From Pseudodesulfovibrio piezophilus C1TLV30 (GTDB taxonomy: Bacteria > Desulfobacterota > Desulfovibrionia > Desulfovibrionales > Desulfovibrionaceae), in assembly GCF_000341895.1 (NCBI RefSeq), contig NC_020409.1:2400001-2432000 (forward strand): a DNA stretch of 32,000 bases, given 5' to 3'. Each line of letters starts with the position of its first letter. Positions within the stretch are counted from its first letter, which is position 1. Positions 1-9,954 of the stretch are shown here, one piece after another. Position numbers and translations under genes: made by a program. A model generated the notes under the pieces. It searched no databases. It saw only the letters and a list, made by a program, of their open reading frames with translations, and was not told the DNA's origin.

Positions 1-325
1 CCAGGGACTGCCGCAGGCGTTCTGTGGGCCAGCCTTGGAATTGGATACCACCGGCAGAAGAGCGGGCGTGGTAGTCACCGCGATGATCACATCACGGTTG
101 TAGAACAGGGTGTTGTCGTTTTTCCAGTCTCTTGCAGTCATTAAGTAATCCGTAATAACTGCCGCTTCATCTCGTTCCCATTCCTTCAAATATATGCTTC
201 AAATGCCGGTTCATGTTGGGGACCGAAACCTGGAAAAGCTCGGCCATAAACTTTTGACTTAGCCATGCTGTTTCATCCAAGAAACGGACTCCCACACGGA
301 TATTGCCATCGGGGTCGGGGAAAAT
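1..325 (-). pseudogene. RhuM-family (prophage/island-associated) gene remnant, frameshifted, runs off the window start
   Basis: Minus-strand translation of 170-325 gives IFPDPDGNIRVGVRFLDETAWLSQKFMAELFQVSVPNMNRHLKHIFE. This is the typical RhuM N-terminus, and it is followed by a stop at 167-169. Positions 1-140 continue in two other frames: FYNRDVIIAV, then GDYHARSSAGGIQFQGWPTERLRQSL. These resemble the RhuM core YNLDxIIxVGYRV...GxQFRxWAT.RL. There are at least two frame breaks and no clean start codon. Confidence 0.55.
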
Positions 326-536
326 AGAAGTGGGTTTAAGCAACCGGACCACAGCTGAAAGTGGAAGCAGGAAGCCTAATGGGAGCTTTTTCAAAGCAGT
401 CAAGCAGCAATATTGTACTTTAGTGCCTTTTTGTGCCCCTCTGACGCCCGTTTTCGTTGTGAGCGGGAAACCCGTGCTACGCTCTTGTGGACTCCCAACA
501 CTGGTGTTTGGGAGTAAAAACCATGGAGAAAAAAAG

Positions 537-902
537 GATGAATACGGTGTATTCGTGTTAATTGAAGCGCGACTAGAACAATCGAATTGTGGGGAAAATC
601 GAAAGAGTTCAGGGGAAGCCCATGCAGTAGAGCTATTCTTATGACAAGAAGGGGCGATTGGTTGAAGCACGGCTGGATAATCGACTCGTTTGTCAATGCT
701 CTTATGACAAAGAGGGTAGGCGGCAACAGGATTGTTTCCCCATGACAGCAGGGCAGCAAAGGCGAAACTATCAGTATGACATGGGCAATCGACTCTAACA
801 TGCCGGAAATAAAGGATATGCTCATGATAAGCAGGGGTTTCGTTCCATTTGGAATCACGAGGGCAAGTATACATTGTATGCCTATCGCCTGACTACCGCC
901 TG
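537..902 (+). pseudogene. Degraded YD/RHS-repeat region, upstream remnant of the RHS gene ending at 1853
   Basis: YD-repeat-like peptides are spread over two frames. Frame 3 has DEYGVFVLIEARL. Frame 1 has YSYDKKGRLVEARL (634-675), SYDKEGRR (700-723) and NYQYDMGNRL, followed by an in-frame TAA at 796-798. Further frame-1 stops lie at 628-630 and 901-903. A frame switch is needed to join the 849 ORF. Confidence 0.5.
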
Positions 903-1853
903 ATGAAAGTTGAGAAGCCGGATGCCGAGGTTGTTTTCGATTTTACTCATGATGAGAATGGGCAGCGTGCGGTCAAATATGCCAATGGGCAGCTGGTTGA
1001 AGGCTATGAGTGGCTTGACTTGAATCGGCTTGCAGGGTTTCATGATGGTGATGTCGGCTATCGTTTTTCTTACGATGAAGATGCGCATACTCCCAATGCC
1101 ATGCAGGATGAATATGGAGGGATGGCTATTCTGCACTATGATCAGGTCGGCTCACTGCGAGTGGTCGCCGACGAATCTGGTAACGTGATAAAAGAAATAC
1201 TCTACGATCCCTTCGGTGGTATTCTCAACGATTCCAATCCAGACCTCCATATTCCCATTGGCTTCGCAGGCGGGCTGCATGATCGGGATTTGGGCTTTGT
1301 CCGTTTTAGCTGGCGGGATTACAATACCTATACCGGGCGTTGGACCGCACCTGATCCCATGGGTGATGCAGGCGGCGATCCGGATTGGTATGGATATTGT
1401 CTGAATGATCCTGTGAATGGTATAGATCCAAATGGATTATTTGGATTTTTGATTCCTTTTATGACAGGTATGGCTGGGGCCACGGCCTTAGGTTCTGCGG
1501 GGTCATACGTCGCGGCAAAGGCCGCAGATTGGTTTGGAGGAAAGACCGACAAGAATTATGGTAAGGACAAGCCAACGGCTACTGAAGGTGTTCATAATGC
1601 CATGGATAAGGTTATAAATATCAATTCCGGTATTGTCGGTGCAGCAGGCGCTGCGTCGGGGGCAGCTGCTCTTCCTCGTGTCGCAGGAGCTGTCTTGCAG
1701 CATCCGGACAAGATTGCGGCTGGGAGCAAGGGCGCTTATGATTTCATATCAAGTTTTGCATTAGAAGGACCTCCTGAACCCTCTCTTCCTGGTTATGTGG
1801 GAATAGGTATGAGCGAAGCCTATAAATGGTACAAAAGGAATAAAGGGAAATAA
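849..1853 (+). CDS. RHS repeat-associated core domain protein with C-terminal polymorphic-toxin tip (5'-truncated orphan module; first ATG at 903)
   Basis: YDQVGSLRVVADESGNVIKEILYDPFGG...IGFAGGLHDRDLGFVRFSWRDYNTYTGRWTAPDPMG...DPDWYGYCLNDPVNGIDPNGL is the canonical RHS/teneurin-like core. It ends in DPxGL at 1425-1439. A 137-aa Gly/Ala-rich hydrophobic tail follows. The listed ORF start at 849 is a TTG with no convincing RBS. Confidence 0.75.
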   Translation: MESRGQVYIVCLSPDYRLMKVEKPDAEVVFDFTHDENGQRAVKYANGQLVEGYEWLDLNRLAGFHDGDVGYRFSYDEDAHTPNAMQDEYGGMAILHYDQVGSLRVVADESGNVIKEILYDPFGGILNDSNPDLHIPIGFAGGLHDRDLGFVRFSWRDYNTYTGRWTAPDPMGDAGGDPDWYGYCLNDPVNGIDPNGLFGFLIPFMTGMAGATALGSAGSYVAAKAADWFGGKTDKNYGKDKPTATEGVHNAMDKVININSGIVGAAGAASGAAALPRVAGAVLQHPDKIAAGSKGAYDFISSFALEGPPEPSLPGYVGIGMSEAYKWYKRNKGK

Positions 1854-1854
1854 G

Positions 1855-2040
1855 GTGAAGGTTACAATTTTCGAAATACTGTTGAGTGCTGTTATGACGA
1901 TACATGGAATAGGTATGATTGTGACAGAGGACTTTTACTTCAGATCGTTTCTAGTACCGGAGTGGGCTGCATATATTGACGCTTTGGTTGGTATAAGCAT
2001 AATCCCCGTATTTTGGTTTTTTCGATCACGTCATAAATAA
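1855..2040 (+). CDS. Small two-TM membrane protein, candidate immunity protein for the RHS toxin tip
   Basis: A GTG start lies 1 nt after the RHS stop, with AAGGGA upstream. The 61 aa contain two hydrophobic helices, IFEILLSAVMTIHGIGMIV and AAYIDALVGISIIPVFWFF. The stretch is visibly AT-rich compared with its surroundings. The position is typical of rhs immunity genes. Confidence 0.45.
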   Translation: MKVTIFEILLSAVMTIHGIGMIVTEDFYFRSFLVPEWAAYIDALVGISIIPVFWFFRSRHK

Positions 2041-2627
2041 CAATCTCAACGCCCTCAATGGAAACACTTTCCGGGGCTTCTGATTTTTAAAAAATTCTCC
2101 AGAATGGTTTTGCAAAAACATCGACCCCATGTCGATATCGACTCGTCCTCATGACGGTCCCATGGTGCAGAAGAGCCAGAATGAGAGGGATGATCGCTGA
2201 GTGAAGTCATCATGCGCTTCATTCATGTGGTAGGAGAAGTATTTCATCTTGGTTCTTTGCGTATGGTTGTTGGTGAACTCGGTAAAGTGATAAATGAAGT
2301 TTTGTCTTCTGGATTTGGCCCAATTCTCAAAGATTCCGACTGAAAAGGTACCTGACGAGTTTTCAAGCTGCAGCTATCCGGGGCAGGCGATGAAGCGTGG
2401 TGTGAAACCAGAGGGATACTTGGGAAAAAAATACCGTATTTTTTAGGATATCTACTGGTGTAACTGTGACTGTTGGGGAAAAAAAGGAATGTTGATTTGC
2501 TGGGCTTGCTCCCTGAAAAGGGAAAGAGTACAGTCATTCTGGCTGAAAAGGCACAAGCCTGGTTTTTTTGTCGAGAGCCGTGTGCTTTTTTTGAAGGTAC
2601 GGCTCGTCCCTTAACCACAAATACAAT

Positions 2628-4445
2628 GTGAGGACTTTCAGCTTGGGTAATCTTTCCATCCGCACCAAATTGCTCGCTCTGTTTTTTATCGCCACATTCG
2701 CCACTCTGGCTATTATCGGCATGAGTATTTACTCATCGCTCGAACTGACTGACATGGAAGTGGCGCAGGCTCAGGATCTGATGCTCGAAGGGCAACAGGA
2801 GAAAATCAAGGTTGCCACGGATTCCATGGCTGTCGCTTTATCCACAGCTGTTGCCGATGAACCGGATGAACAGGGGAAAATAGAAATTTTCCGAAAGATG
2901 ATCAAGGAAGTGTTCTTTGAAGAAGATTCATCCGGTTATTATTTCATCTATAGGGATACCACTAATGTGGCCCATCCGGTCAAACCCGCACTCCACGGGA
3001 AGGATCTAAATAATCTCAAAGGCAAGGACGGCGTGTATTCGGTTCGGGAACTGGCACGTGTGGCCAAGTCCGGTGGCGGTTTTGTCCACTTTACCTGGGA
3101 TAAACCAGGCAAGGACAGCCCCATGCCGAAGCTTGGTTATTCCACTATGATCCCCGGTACCCGGTATTGGATCGGGACGGGTGTCTACGTAGATAATATT
3201 GAGGACAAGGCCGCTGATATCCGTCAGGAAATGGTTAACGAGAATAACAGAAACATCCTCTTTCAGGTCGGGGCTGCCGCAGTCTTGTTCCTGCTTCTTC
3301 TCCTCCCCATGAGCTTGGTTATTTCCCGCAATATCATCAATCCTATTCTCAAGACCAAGATTGCCGCTCAGAAAATAGCTTCGGGTGATCTTGACGTTAT
3401 GCTGGTGGCGGAAAACAGGGATGAAATAGGAGAACTGCAACAGGCTCTGTCCGTTATGGCCGAATCCTTGCGTGCGAATATTGATGAGATGACCCGAAAG
3501 GAGCAGGAAACTGCCCGTAAGGCCGAAGAGGCTCAGCGAGCCAGCGAGGAAGCCTGTTCTGCCAATGACACCGCCGAAGCAAAGACGGCCGAATTACTCG
3601 AAGCTGCGGAACAGCTTGATCGTGTTGTGGATTCGGTCACTGCTGCTTCAGAGCATCTCATGCTTCAGATTGAACAATCCAGTGTCGGAGCCGAAGAACA
3701 GGCAAAACGGGTGGATGAAACCGCGACGGCCATGGAAGAAATGAACGCCACGGTTCTGGGCGTGGCGCACAATGCCGCCAGTGCTGCGGAAGCCGTGGAC
3801 AAGACGCAGACCATGGCGGAGCAGGGGGCTGATGTGGTGAATCGAGCCGTTGTCGGTATCGAGGAGATCGCTGGCCAGTCAAAGACCCTCATGGACGATA
3901 TGAGCCAATTGGGCACTCAGGCCGAGGGGATTGGGCAGATCCTGAATGTTATCAATGATATTGCCGATCAGACGAATTTGTTGGCCCTGAATGCCGCCAT
4001 TGAGGCGGCGAGGGCGGGTGAGGCCGGGCGCGGGTTTGCCGTGGTTGCCGATGAAGTCCGCAAACTGGCGGAAAAGACCATGGCGGCGACCAGCGATGTC
4101 GCCAATGCCATCAAATCCATTCAGGATGGAACCCGCAAGAATATCGATAATACAATCAAATCTGTGGACACTATCAGTCAGGTCACGGAATTGGCCACTG
4201 CTTCCGGTGAGTCTCTCAGGGAGATTGTTTCCCTGGTCAGTGATGCCACCATGCAGGTTCAGTCCATTGCCGCTGCGGCTGAGCAGCAATCCGCCGCCAG
4301 TGAGGAAATCAGTCGGAGTATCGTTGATATCAACGAAATATCCGGTGAAACATCCAAGGCGATGACATCGTCCCGTCAAGTTGTCTCTGACCTGACTGAC
4401 CAGATCAGAACTTTGAGCGCGCTGACCGAGAGGATGAAAGCATAG
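2628..4445 (+). CDS. Methyl-accepting chemotaxis protein with single-Cache-type periplasmic sensor and HAMP domain
   Basis: TM1 is [21 protein letters not shown]. The Cache-like core reads [15 protein letters not shown]...[13 protein letters not shown]...[10 protein letters not shown]2 and HAMP ([10 protein letters not shown]) follow. The MCP signalling hairpin is [38 protein letters not shown]. The start is GTG 2628 or TTG 2643, with no ATG before TM1. Confidence 0.93.
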   Translation: MRTFSLGNLSIRTKLLALFFIATFATLAIIGMSIYSSLELTDMEVAQAQDLMLEGQQEKIKVATDSMAVALSTAVADEPDEQGKIEIFRKMIKEVFFEEDSSGYYFIYRDTTNVAHPVKPALHGKDLNNLKGKDGVYSVRELARVAKSGGGFVHFTWDKPGKDSPMPKLGYSTMIPGTRYWIGTGVYVDNIEDKAADIRQEMVNENNRNILFQVGAAAVLFLLLLLPMSLVISRNIINPILKTKIAAQKIASGDLDVMLVAENRDEIGELQQALSVMAESLRANIDEMTRKEQETARKAEEAQRASEEACSANDTAEAKTAELLEAAEQLDRVVDSVTAASEHLMLQIEQSSVGAEEQAKRVDETATAMEEMNATVLGVAHNAASAAEAVDKTQTMAEQGADVVNRAVVGIEEIAGQSKTLMDDMSQLGTQAEGIGQILNVINDIADQTNLLALNAAIEAARAGEAGRGFAVVADEVRKLAEKTMAATSDVANAIKSIQDGTRKNIDNTIKSVDTISQVTELATASGESLREIVSLVSDATMQVQSIAAAAEQQSAASEEISRSIVDINEISGETSKAMTSSRQVVSDLTDQIRTLSALTERMKA

Positions 4446-4682
4446 GCCGTGTTGAGAGAGGGTAATGACATTCCTGTATCCAAGCTGCCTCTTTTCTGAT
4501 GCCGTGTTGTCGGCTGGGGGAAAGCTTTTTATATCTTTCTTCAGAGGATTTTTCTGTCCTCAACCGGAACTTGCGGCCATAAACGTAACGGTGACTCCCC
4601 ACCTCAAGTGACCATTTCAGATTCCGCCCTGGACATGGGCATAGCCAGATCGACTTCGCACGCGCGGTAGAATGGAAGACAA

Positions 4683-5360
4683 ATGCAAGATATCAGAAAA
4701 TTCATTTCCGGGTTCAATAACTTTCGAAACACATATTTTTGCTGTGAAAATTCACCCTTTGAAGCTTTGAGACAAGGTCAGAATCCCAGGACCATGGTCA
4801 TTGCCTGTAGTGATTCTCGGACCGATCCTTCCCTGATTATGCAATGTGGTCCCGGCGAAATATTCGTGGTTCGCAATGTCGCCAATATAGTGCCTCCCTA
4901 CGAAGCCGATTCCGGTTTTCATGGTGTGTCATCGGCCATAGAATATGCTGTCAAGGCACTGAAAGTCGCCAATATCATCGTGCTCGGCCATAGCGGGTGC
5001 GGCGGTATTGATGCGCTTATGCATGGAACTGCTGTCAATAATACGGAGTTTATCGATAAATGGCTTTCCGTGATGAATCCCGTGCGAGACGAAGTGCTGG
5101 GCCATTTCGGTGAGGTTCACAAAAAATCGTGTACGGCCTGTGAAATGGCTGGGATATTGGCTTCGGTCAGGAATTTGATGACTTTCCCGTGGATTGCCAG
5201 ACGGGTTGATGCCGGGGAACTCGATCTCCACGGATGGTATTTTGATATGGAGACAGGAGAGCTGTTGGGGTATCATCCTGATTCCAAGGCCTTTGAGTCG
5301 CTTTCCTTTCTCGGTCACGAGTCGGAGGACTCAGGCGAAGAGCAAGCAAAGATGATCTGA
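4683..5360 (+). CDS. Beta-class carbonic anhydrase
   Basis: Zinc-ligand motifs CSDSR and HSGCGG sit in the expected spacing. The ATG is preceded by GGAAG. Confidence 0.92.
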   Translation: MQDIRKFISGFNNFRNTYFCCENSPFEALRQGQNPRTMVIACSDSRTDPSLIMQCGPGEIFVVRNVANIVPPYEADSGFHGVSSAIEYAVKALKVANIIVLGHSGCGGIDALMHGTAVNNTEFIDKWLSVMNPVRDEVLGHFGEVHKKSCTACEMAGILASVRNLMTFPWIARRVDAGELDLHGWYFDMETGELLGYHPDSKAFESLSFLGHESEDSGEEQAKMI

Positions 5361-5454
5361 TCTCGATTCAGGGTGGAGATCGTCTCCGTGTCTCTTCCTG
5401 TGTCTTCACAGGAGTTGAAATGCCTATAATTGGTTTGAATTATCCAATAAAAAA

Positions 5455-5484
5455 GGGCCGTATACCTCATAGAGGATACGGCCC
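5455..5484 (-). terminator. Rho-independent terminator of the helicase gene, possibly also stopping the convergent carbonic anhydrase gene
   Basis: gggccgtat(a)cctc-ata-gaggatacggccc forms a 13-bp stem with one bulge. On the minus strand it is followed by TTTTTTATT (5446-5454). It lies between the convergent genes. Confidence 0.6.
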
Positions 5485-5528
5485 GAGTCTTGTGTATGCC
5501 GAGAGTTCAGGCAAGGAACACGTCTTTG

Positions 5529-6650
5529 TTATCTGCCGCGTCCTTCGTAGGTATTATTTTCGATTTTGATTCGCATGACACGCTCGATGGCGCGTATTTG
5601 CATCTTATCATCACGAGTGACGAAGCTGACAGCCTGTCCTGAACGGCCAGCGCGACCGGTTCTTCCGATACGGTGTGTGTACGTTTCCACTGTATCCGGC
5701 ATATCATAATTGATGACGTGGGATATCCGGTCGCAGTCGATCCCGCGAGCCGCGATATCCGTGGCAACCATGATGTTGAATTGTCCCTGCCGGAAGCCGT
5801 TGAGTGCCCGCTGGCGTTGGCTTTGACTCATATTCCCTTGGAGAAAAGTGCTGTCATAACCGTCTTTGTTCAATTTGCGCGACAGGTTCTTGGCCTTATG
5901 TTTGGTGCGTGTGAAGATCAGGACACTCTCATGTTCCGCCTTGGAGAGAAGCTTTTCCAGAATATCATTTTTGAGGTGAGTCTGGGTTGTGTAAAAGGCA
6001 TGGCCGACACTGGTGACAGGGACGGTATTTGCTTCCTGAACCCTTTTGGGGTTCACGAGGATGCCGTCGGCGAGCTTTTTAATGTCGTTGGGCATGGTCG
6101 CTGAAAAAAGGAGGTTCTGCCGTTTGTCAGGCAGTTGCGCGAGAATGCGTTTGATGTCGGGAAGGAACCCCATGTCGAGCATGCGGTCTGCTTCATCAAG
6201 GACCAGGGTCGTGATGGTATTAAGACGAATGGCACCCCGGTTGATAAGCCGAACAAGGCGGCCCGGACATGCCACAATGACTCGGGATTGGGCAAAGGCC
6301 TTGATCTGAGGATTCATGCCCACGCCACCGATGACAACAGCGCTGCGGATGCCGGTCTGCTTGCCGAGTGCAATGAAACTTTCCTGAATTTGCAGGGCCA
6401 GTTCCCGAGTCGGGGCGAGGACCAGAACGCGGGGGCTTCCTTTTGGACTACTGTCCTTTAGCAGGTGTTGCAGGATAGGGAGGGCAAAGGCGGCTGTTTT
6501 GCCTGTGCCGGTCTGGGCCAGACCCATGACGTCATGCCCTTCAAGCACCACGGGAATGGCGTTGCGCTGGATAGGGGTGGGGGTTTCATAGCCACAGGCT
6601 TTGATACCGGCGACAATGCGCTGGTCAAAAGAAAAAGATGAAAAAGTCAT
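5529..6650 (-). CDS. rhlE: DEAD-box ATP-dependent RNA helicase (RhlE-like)
   Basis: The Q-motif region reads GYETPTPIQ. Motif I is AQTGTGKT, motif II is VLDEADRM, motif III is FSAT and motif VI is HRIGRTGRAG. I place the start at ATG 6650, preceded by AGAAGG. The listed ORF extends to 6788, but those 46 codons look non-coding. Confidence 0.92.
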   Translation of the reverse strand: MTFSSFSFDQRIVAGIKACGYETPTPIQRNAIPVVLEGHDVMGLAQTGTGKTAAFALPILQHLLKDSSPKGSPRVLVLAPTRELALQIQESFIALGKQTGIRSAVVIGGVGMNPQIKAFAQSRVIVACPGRLVRLINRGAIRLNTITTLVLDEADRMLDMGFLPDIKRILAQLPDKRQNLLFSATMPNDIKKLADGILVNPKRVQEANTVPVTSVGHAFYTTQTHLKNDILEKLLSKAEHESVLIFTRTKHKAKNLSRKLNKDGYDSTFLQGNMSQSQRQRALNGFRQGQFNIMVATDIAARGIDCDRISHVINYDMPDTVETYTHRIGRTGRAGRSGQAVSFVTRDDKMQIRAIERVMRIKIENNTYEGRGR

Positions 6651-7017
6651 ATAACCTTCTGGTAATAAAGGGGGAAACTCAACGGCGCGCGACAGCGGTT
6701 GGTGGGTCCGGTTTTCCGGGCATTCTATAAATGACTCTGGTACGTGGAATAAATCTTGATTCAGCAGATGCGGAATGGAAGTGCCCAAGTGGGGCTAAGA
6801 AGTAATCGTATGTCCAGTCACGCTGAGCGCACTATTTATCCTGCATTTTGTGAAGAAAGTAAAGCGTTAAATCATTCTGTAAAAAACAACTTAATATATT
6901 GATTTAATAGTGTCTTCATACAATATACGTTTTCATTCCCCACAAAGGGAAACCGGTACAATTCATTTTTTGTGCTTTTGTACCAGGGGTGTCTGCTCCA
7001 TAGGGGGGATTCTTCTT

Positions 7018-8739
7018 TTAGAGATCAGCCATCAGGGTTTCGACCAGGGTACTTCTGTTTTCCAGTTCCGACAGCATTGAATCCAGGGCTGCATATTTGC
7101 GTGTCAGCGAAGTCTCCAGGGCATCAAGGCGCTTTTCTTCGTTATAAATGCTGTTGTCGAGATTGGTGATGGTTGATTCGTAGTTATCGATGACAATGGC
7201 CAGAGTTCCGGTTTCACCGTCCGTAATATCTTCGAGCAGGTCAGTCAGTTCACCGAGTTTTCCTTGCTTAACACGGACGTCGCCCCCGTGGGTGCCGTCG
7301 GTCTGGTCCACTACGGACATGTAGAGACCGGCAGCGTCCCCGGACCCGAGGATTGTCCAGCCATCCGCGCTGATGGAGGCGTCTTCCCCATTGATGGTTG
7401 CGGAAATCAGGGTTCCATTTTCCACCGTGTATTCGACATCATAGGTTCCGGCTCCGGTCACGGTATCAATGACCGAAATGACCTGGAGGGCGTCCGTATC
7501 CGATTCGCCTACACCGTGCTGGGAAAAGAGATTGCCCACGGCTTCCGGGTCGGTTTCAAGAGCTTCTTCCAACTCGTCTTCATCCAGGACGAGCTGGCCG
7601 AATGTGTCGGAGCCTTCATCGGCATCAGTGGAAATACCTATCTGTGACAATGCGTTGTAATAGTCGCCGCCTGTGTCTGAATCATATGCAGAGAACCCCA
7701 ATGCCCCGGATGAAAGAGTGCTCTTCAGCTCATTGTAAATGATGTCCATGGCGTAGCTGTCAACGGTATATGTCTCATCTTCATCTTCGTCATCATCCGT
7801 GACCCGGCCTGTCAATGTCTGAAGATCAAGGATAACCTGATTGACCTCTTCCACAAAGGTCGAAATCTTGTCCATCATGGCGTCGGTATCGTATTCCACA
7901 GTAATGCGAACACCGTCATCATCAGTGGTTTCTTTGAGTTCAAAGGTGATGCCATCCACCACGTCATCGATGGAGTTGGTATCTCGTTCGATCCATGCAT
8001 CTTCATCCGTAGGGAATCCATCCACACGAATCTGGGCATTCTGAGCGGTCTGTGTATTGGTGAAATTAGCGAGGTCAAAGCCGTCAAGATCGCCTGTGTC
8101 GGTGATGACGATGTCGTTGTCCGCTCCGGCATCCTCGCCGCTGAGGGTGAAATAGTACTGTTCTCCATCGTAGAGGAGATCTGCTTCCACCAAGCCACGT
8201 GCACTGGCACTGGCATTGATGGTATTGACAAGGGTCGAGAGAGTGGCTCCGGCAGCAACGTCGATGGAGATGGTTTCATCGCCGTACGTCAGTTCAAGAG
8301 TTGTGGCCGTGGTGGTGACGACTTCATCCTCGGAATCGAAGGCGTTTTCAGTATTGACCCAGACGTCAGTCTGGGCAAGTTGGTTCACGACCAGGGTATG
8401 TACTCCTTCGTCGGCTTCACCCGTCAGGTCGACGGTGACCTCATCTCCACTGCTGGTTCCTTCCATTTCGAAGAATTCGTCAGGGTCGTCCATTTCTTCG
8501 AGGGTTTCTTCAAGATCTTCCAATTCATCATTAATCTGTTCGAGCAGATCGACAATATATTCGGTTTCCTCAACCTGCGCCTCATAGTCTTCAAGCTGGT
8601 AGCTTGCGGCGTCGATGGTGGCATCAATGATTTCCGAAAAATCGGTTCCATTGCCCAGGCCGGAAAAGGAGACTTCTCCCGAAGTGGTGACCGGTTCGTA
8701 GGCAGTGACATCGCTGGATAAGGAGGAGACATAACTCAT
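7018..8739 (-). CDS. fliD: Flagellar filament cap protein FliD (HAP2)
   Basis: The C-terminus NEEKRLDALETSLTRKYAALDSMLSELENRS is typical of FliD, as is the N-terminal coiled segment. A GGAG RBS is present. It is the last gene of the flagellar operon. Confidence 0.88.
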   Translation of the reverse strand: MSYVSSLSSDVTAYEPVTTSGEVSFSGLGNGTDFSEIIDATIDAASYQLEDYEAQVEETEYIVDLLEQINDELEDLEETLEEMDDPDEFFEMEGTSSGDEVTVDLTGEADEGVHTLVVNQLAQTDVWVNTENAFDSEDEVVTTTATTLELTYGDETISIDVAAGATLSTLVNTINASASARGLVEADLLYDGEQYYFTLSGEDAGADNDIVITDTGDLDGFDLANFTNTQTAQNAQIRVDGFPTDEDAWIERDTNSIDDVVDGITFELKETTDDDGVRITVEYDTDAMMDKISTFVEEVNQVILDLQTLTGRVTDDDEDEDETYTVDSYAMDIIYNELKSTLSSGALGFSAYDSDTGGDYYNALSQIGISTDADEGSDTFGQLVLDEDELEEALETDPEAVGNLFSQHGVGESDTDALQVISVIDTVTGAGTYDVEYTVENGTLISATINGEDASISADGWTILGSGDAAGLYMSVVDQTDGTHGGDVRVKQGKLGELTDLLEDITDGETGTLAIVIDNYESTITNLDNSIYNEEKRLDALETSLTRKYAALDSMLSELENRSTLVETLMADL

Positions 8740-8748
8740 GGTATACTC

Positions 8749-9939
8749 CTAAAGGTAACTCAGAATGGACATTTCCATGATACTTGCCGAGGAGCTGAGA
8801 ACTGCCTCATACACATAGTTGGCCTGTTCCAGTTCCACGAGAATCTGGGCGGCATCGGCATCTTCTTCCAGGCTGATGCTGTTGGTGGTAATACTCTGAA
8901 CCAGGGAGAGAGATGATTCCGTGTAGGTGACCTTGTTTTCACGGGCACCGACATTGGAGATACCTGCTTCATATTGCTCCTGGCAGGAACTGAGGGTCTC
9001 AAGGCTTTCTGCGACTGCGTCATAATCTCCCTGCTCCATGTACACGATGCAGTCGCTGATGGTTTCAAAGAGATTCAGCCCTTCGTATGCTTCTCCTGTG
9101 GAGGAATCGATACCGCCGAAGAGGGTGCTGCCCACTGTCGTCATATCCACATCCGAGCTTTGAGAAATATCGACACTCATCGATGTATCGCTTCCGACAT
9201 AGTAGAGCGCTTCCCGCACCACGAATTGTGACCCACTGTCATCATCGGCAGCCGTCACCTCCGTGCCCGAAAGCATGTCCACCTGACATGTCCCGAGGTC
9301 CAGTTCCGTGTCTCCGGCCGCCAGGGTGCCGGTGATCCAGGTCGCTCCGTTGTCGGTGGAATACTGGTAGTCCAGTTCGTCTGTCCCGATTTCACCGTCC
9401 GAAGTGAATTGGACCTCAATGGAGGTGTCTGTCTCGCCCTCGAAACCGGCAAAACTTGCATTGCTCAGACTGTCATTCAGCTGAGTGATGCCGAGACCAT
9501 ATTCATAAGCGTCGGAATCAAGGTCATTTCCGGCAAAGATGGAATCTGACCCCATCTGGGTATTGGCGATGGAAACGAGACTATCGAGATAACTCTCCAT
9601 TTCCTCAGCCATCATCTGTAATTGTTCTGTGGTGTAGGTCTCGGTCGATGCCTGTTCAGTCAACTCCAGTGCGGCGGTGATGTTTTCACTGCCAACCAGA
9701 AGTACCTGGTCGGCCAGGCTGAGATAGTTATTGGCAATATCGCAGTTGTCCACATAGCCGCTCAGGGAGTCCTGATAGGAGGTCAGGTCCATGACCTTGC
9801 CCATGCCTGCCGGGTCATCTGAGGGGTTGTTGATCTTCTTTTGGGATGAATTCATCATGTTCAGTGTGGAGACATCACTGAGTGCTGAATTCATGTACTT
9901 CAGGGACTGTGAAAAAATCTGGGATGTGCTGATGCGCAT
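8749..9939 (-). CDS. flgL: Flagellar hook-filament junction protein FlgL (HAP3)
   Basis: The N-terminus MRISTSQIFSQSLKYMNSALSDVSTLNMMNSSQKKINNPSDDPAG matches the flagellin-N/FlgL signature. A GGGAG RBS is present. Confidence 0.88.
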   Translation of the reverse strand: MRISTSQIFSQSLKYMNSALSDVSTLNMMNSSQKKINNPSDDPAGMGKVMDLTSYQDSLSGYVDNCDIANNYLSLADQVLLVGSENITAALELTEQASTETYTTEQLQMMAEEMESYLDSLVSIANTQMGSDSIFAGNDLDSDAYEYGLGITQLNDSLSNASFAGFEGETDTSIEVQFTSDGEIGTDELDYQYSTDNGATWITGTLAAGDTELDLGTCQVDMLSGTEVTAADDDSGSQFVVREALYYVGSDTSMSVDISQSSDVDMTTVGSTLFGGIDSSTGEAYEGLNLFETISDCIVYMEQGDYDAVAESLETLSSCQEQYEAGISNVGARENKVTYTESSLSLVQSITTNSISLEEDADAAQILVELEQANYVYEAVLSSSASIMEMSILSYL

Positions 9940-9954
9940 AAGATTCTCCCTGGC

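Noticed and set aside
167-874. 235-aa minus-strand ORF from the track
   Set aside because: Only its last ~52 codons (170-325) look like a real protein, the RhuM N-terminus. The rest is antisense to the degraded YD-repeat region and has an implausible Cys/Pro/Ser/His-rich composition. I treat it as a pseudogene fragment, not an intact gene.
2149-2618. 124-aa minus ORF (2244-2618) and an overlapping 74-codon open frame (2152-2373, ...GIFENWAKSRRQNFIYHFTEFTNNHTQRTKMKYFSYHMNEAHDDF...)
   Set aside because: Neither has a start codon with an RBS or any motif I can assign to a family. The 124-aa ORF is low-complexity and Ser/Pro-rich. These may be a relic of a lost gene, but they cannot be supported as features.
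4683-5360. Functional link between the beta-carbonic anhydrase and the SulP transporter (bicarbonate uptake pairing)
   Set aside because: SulP-carbonic anhydrase pairs are known when adjacent or fused. Here the genes are about 19 kb apart, separated by unrelated operons, so nothing in the sequence supports a link.
5361-5420. Small hairpins right after the carbonic anhydrase stop (ggaga-tcg-tctcc and cctgtg-tctt-cacagg)
   Set aside because: The stems are short (5-6 bp) with no U-tract. The stronger hairpin at 5455-5484 is a better terminator candidate.
6651-6788. N-terminal extension of the helicase ORF (46 codons); likewise 14844-14933 for the sigma ORF and 23727-23756 for the hybrid kinase
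   Set aside because: The internal ATGs at 6650 and 14843 have good SD sequences and give N-termini matching the families (MTFSSFSFDQ..., MSNTLIES...). The sigma extension would begin upstream of the predicted sigma54 promoter. The 23756 start is a TTG.
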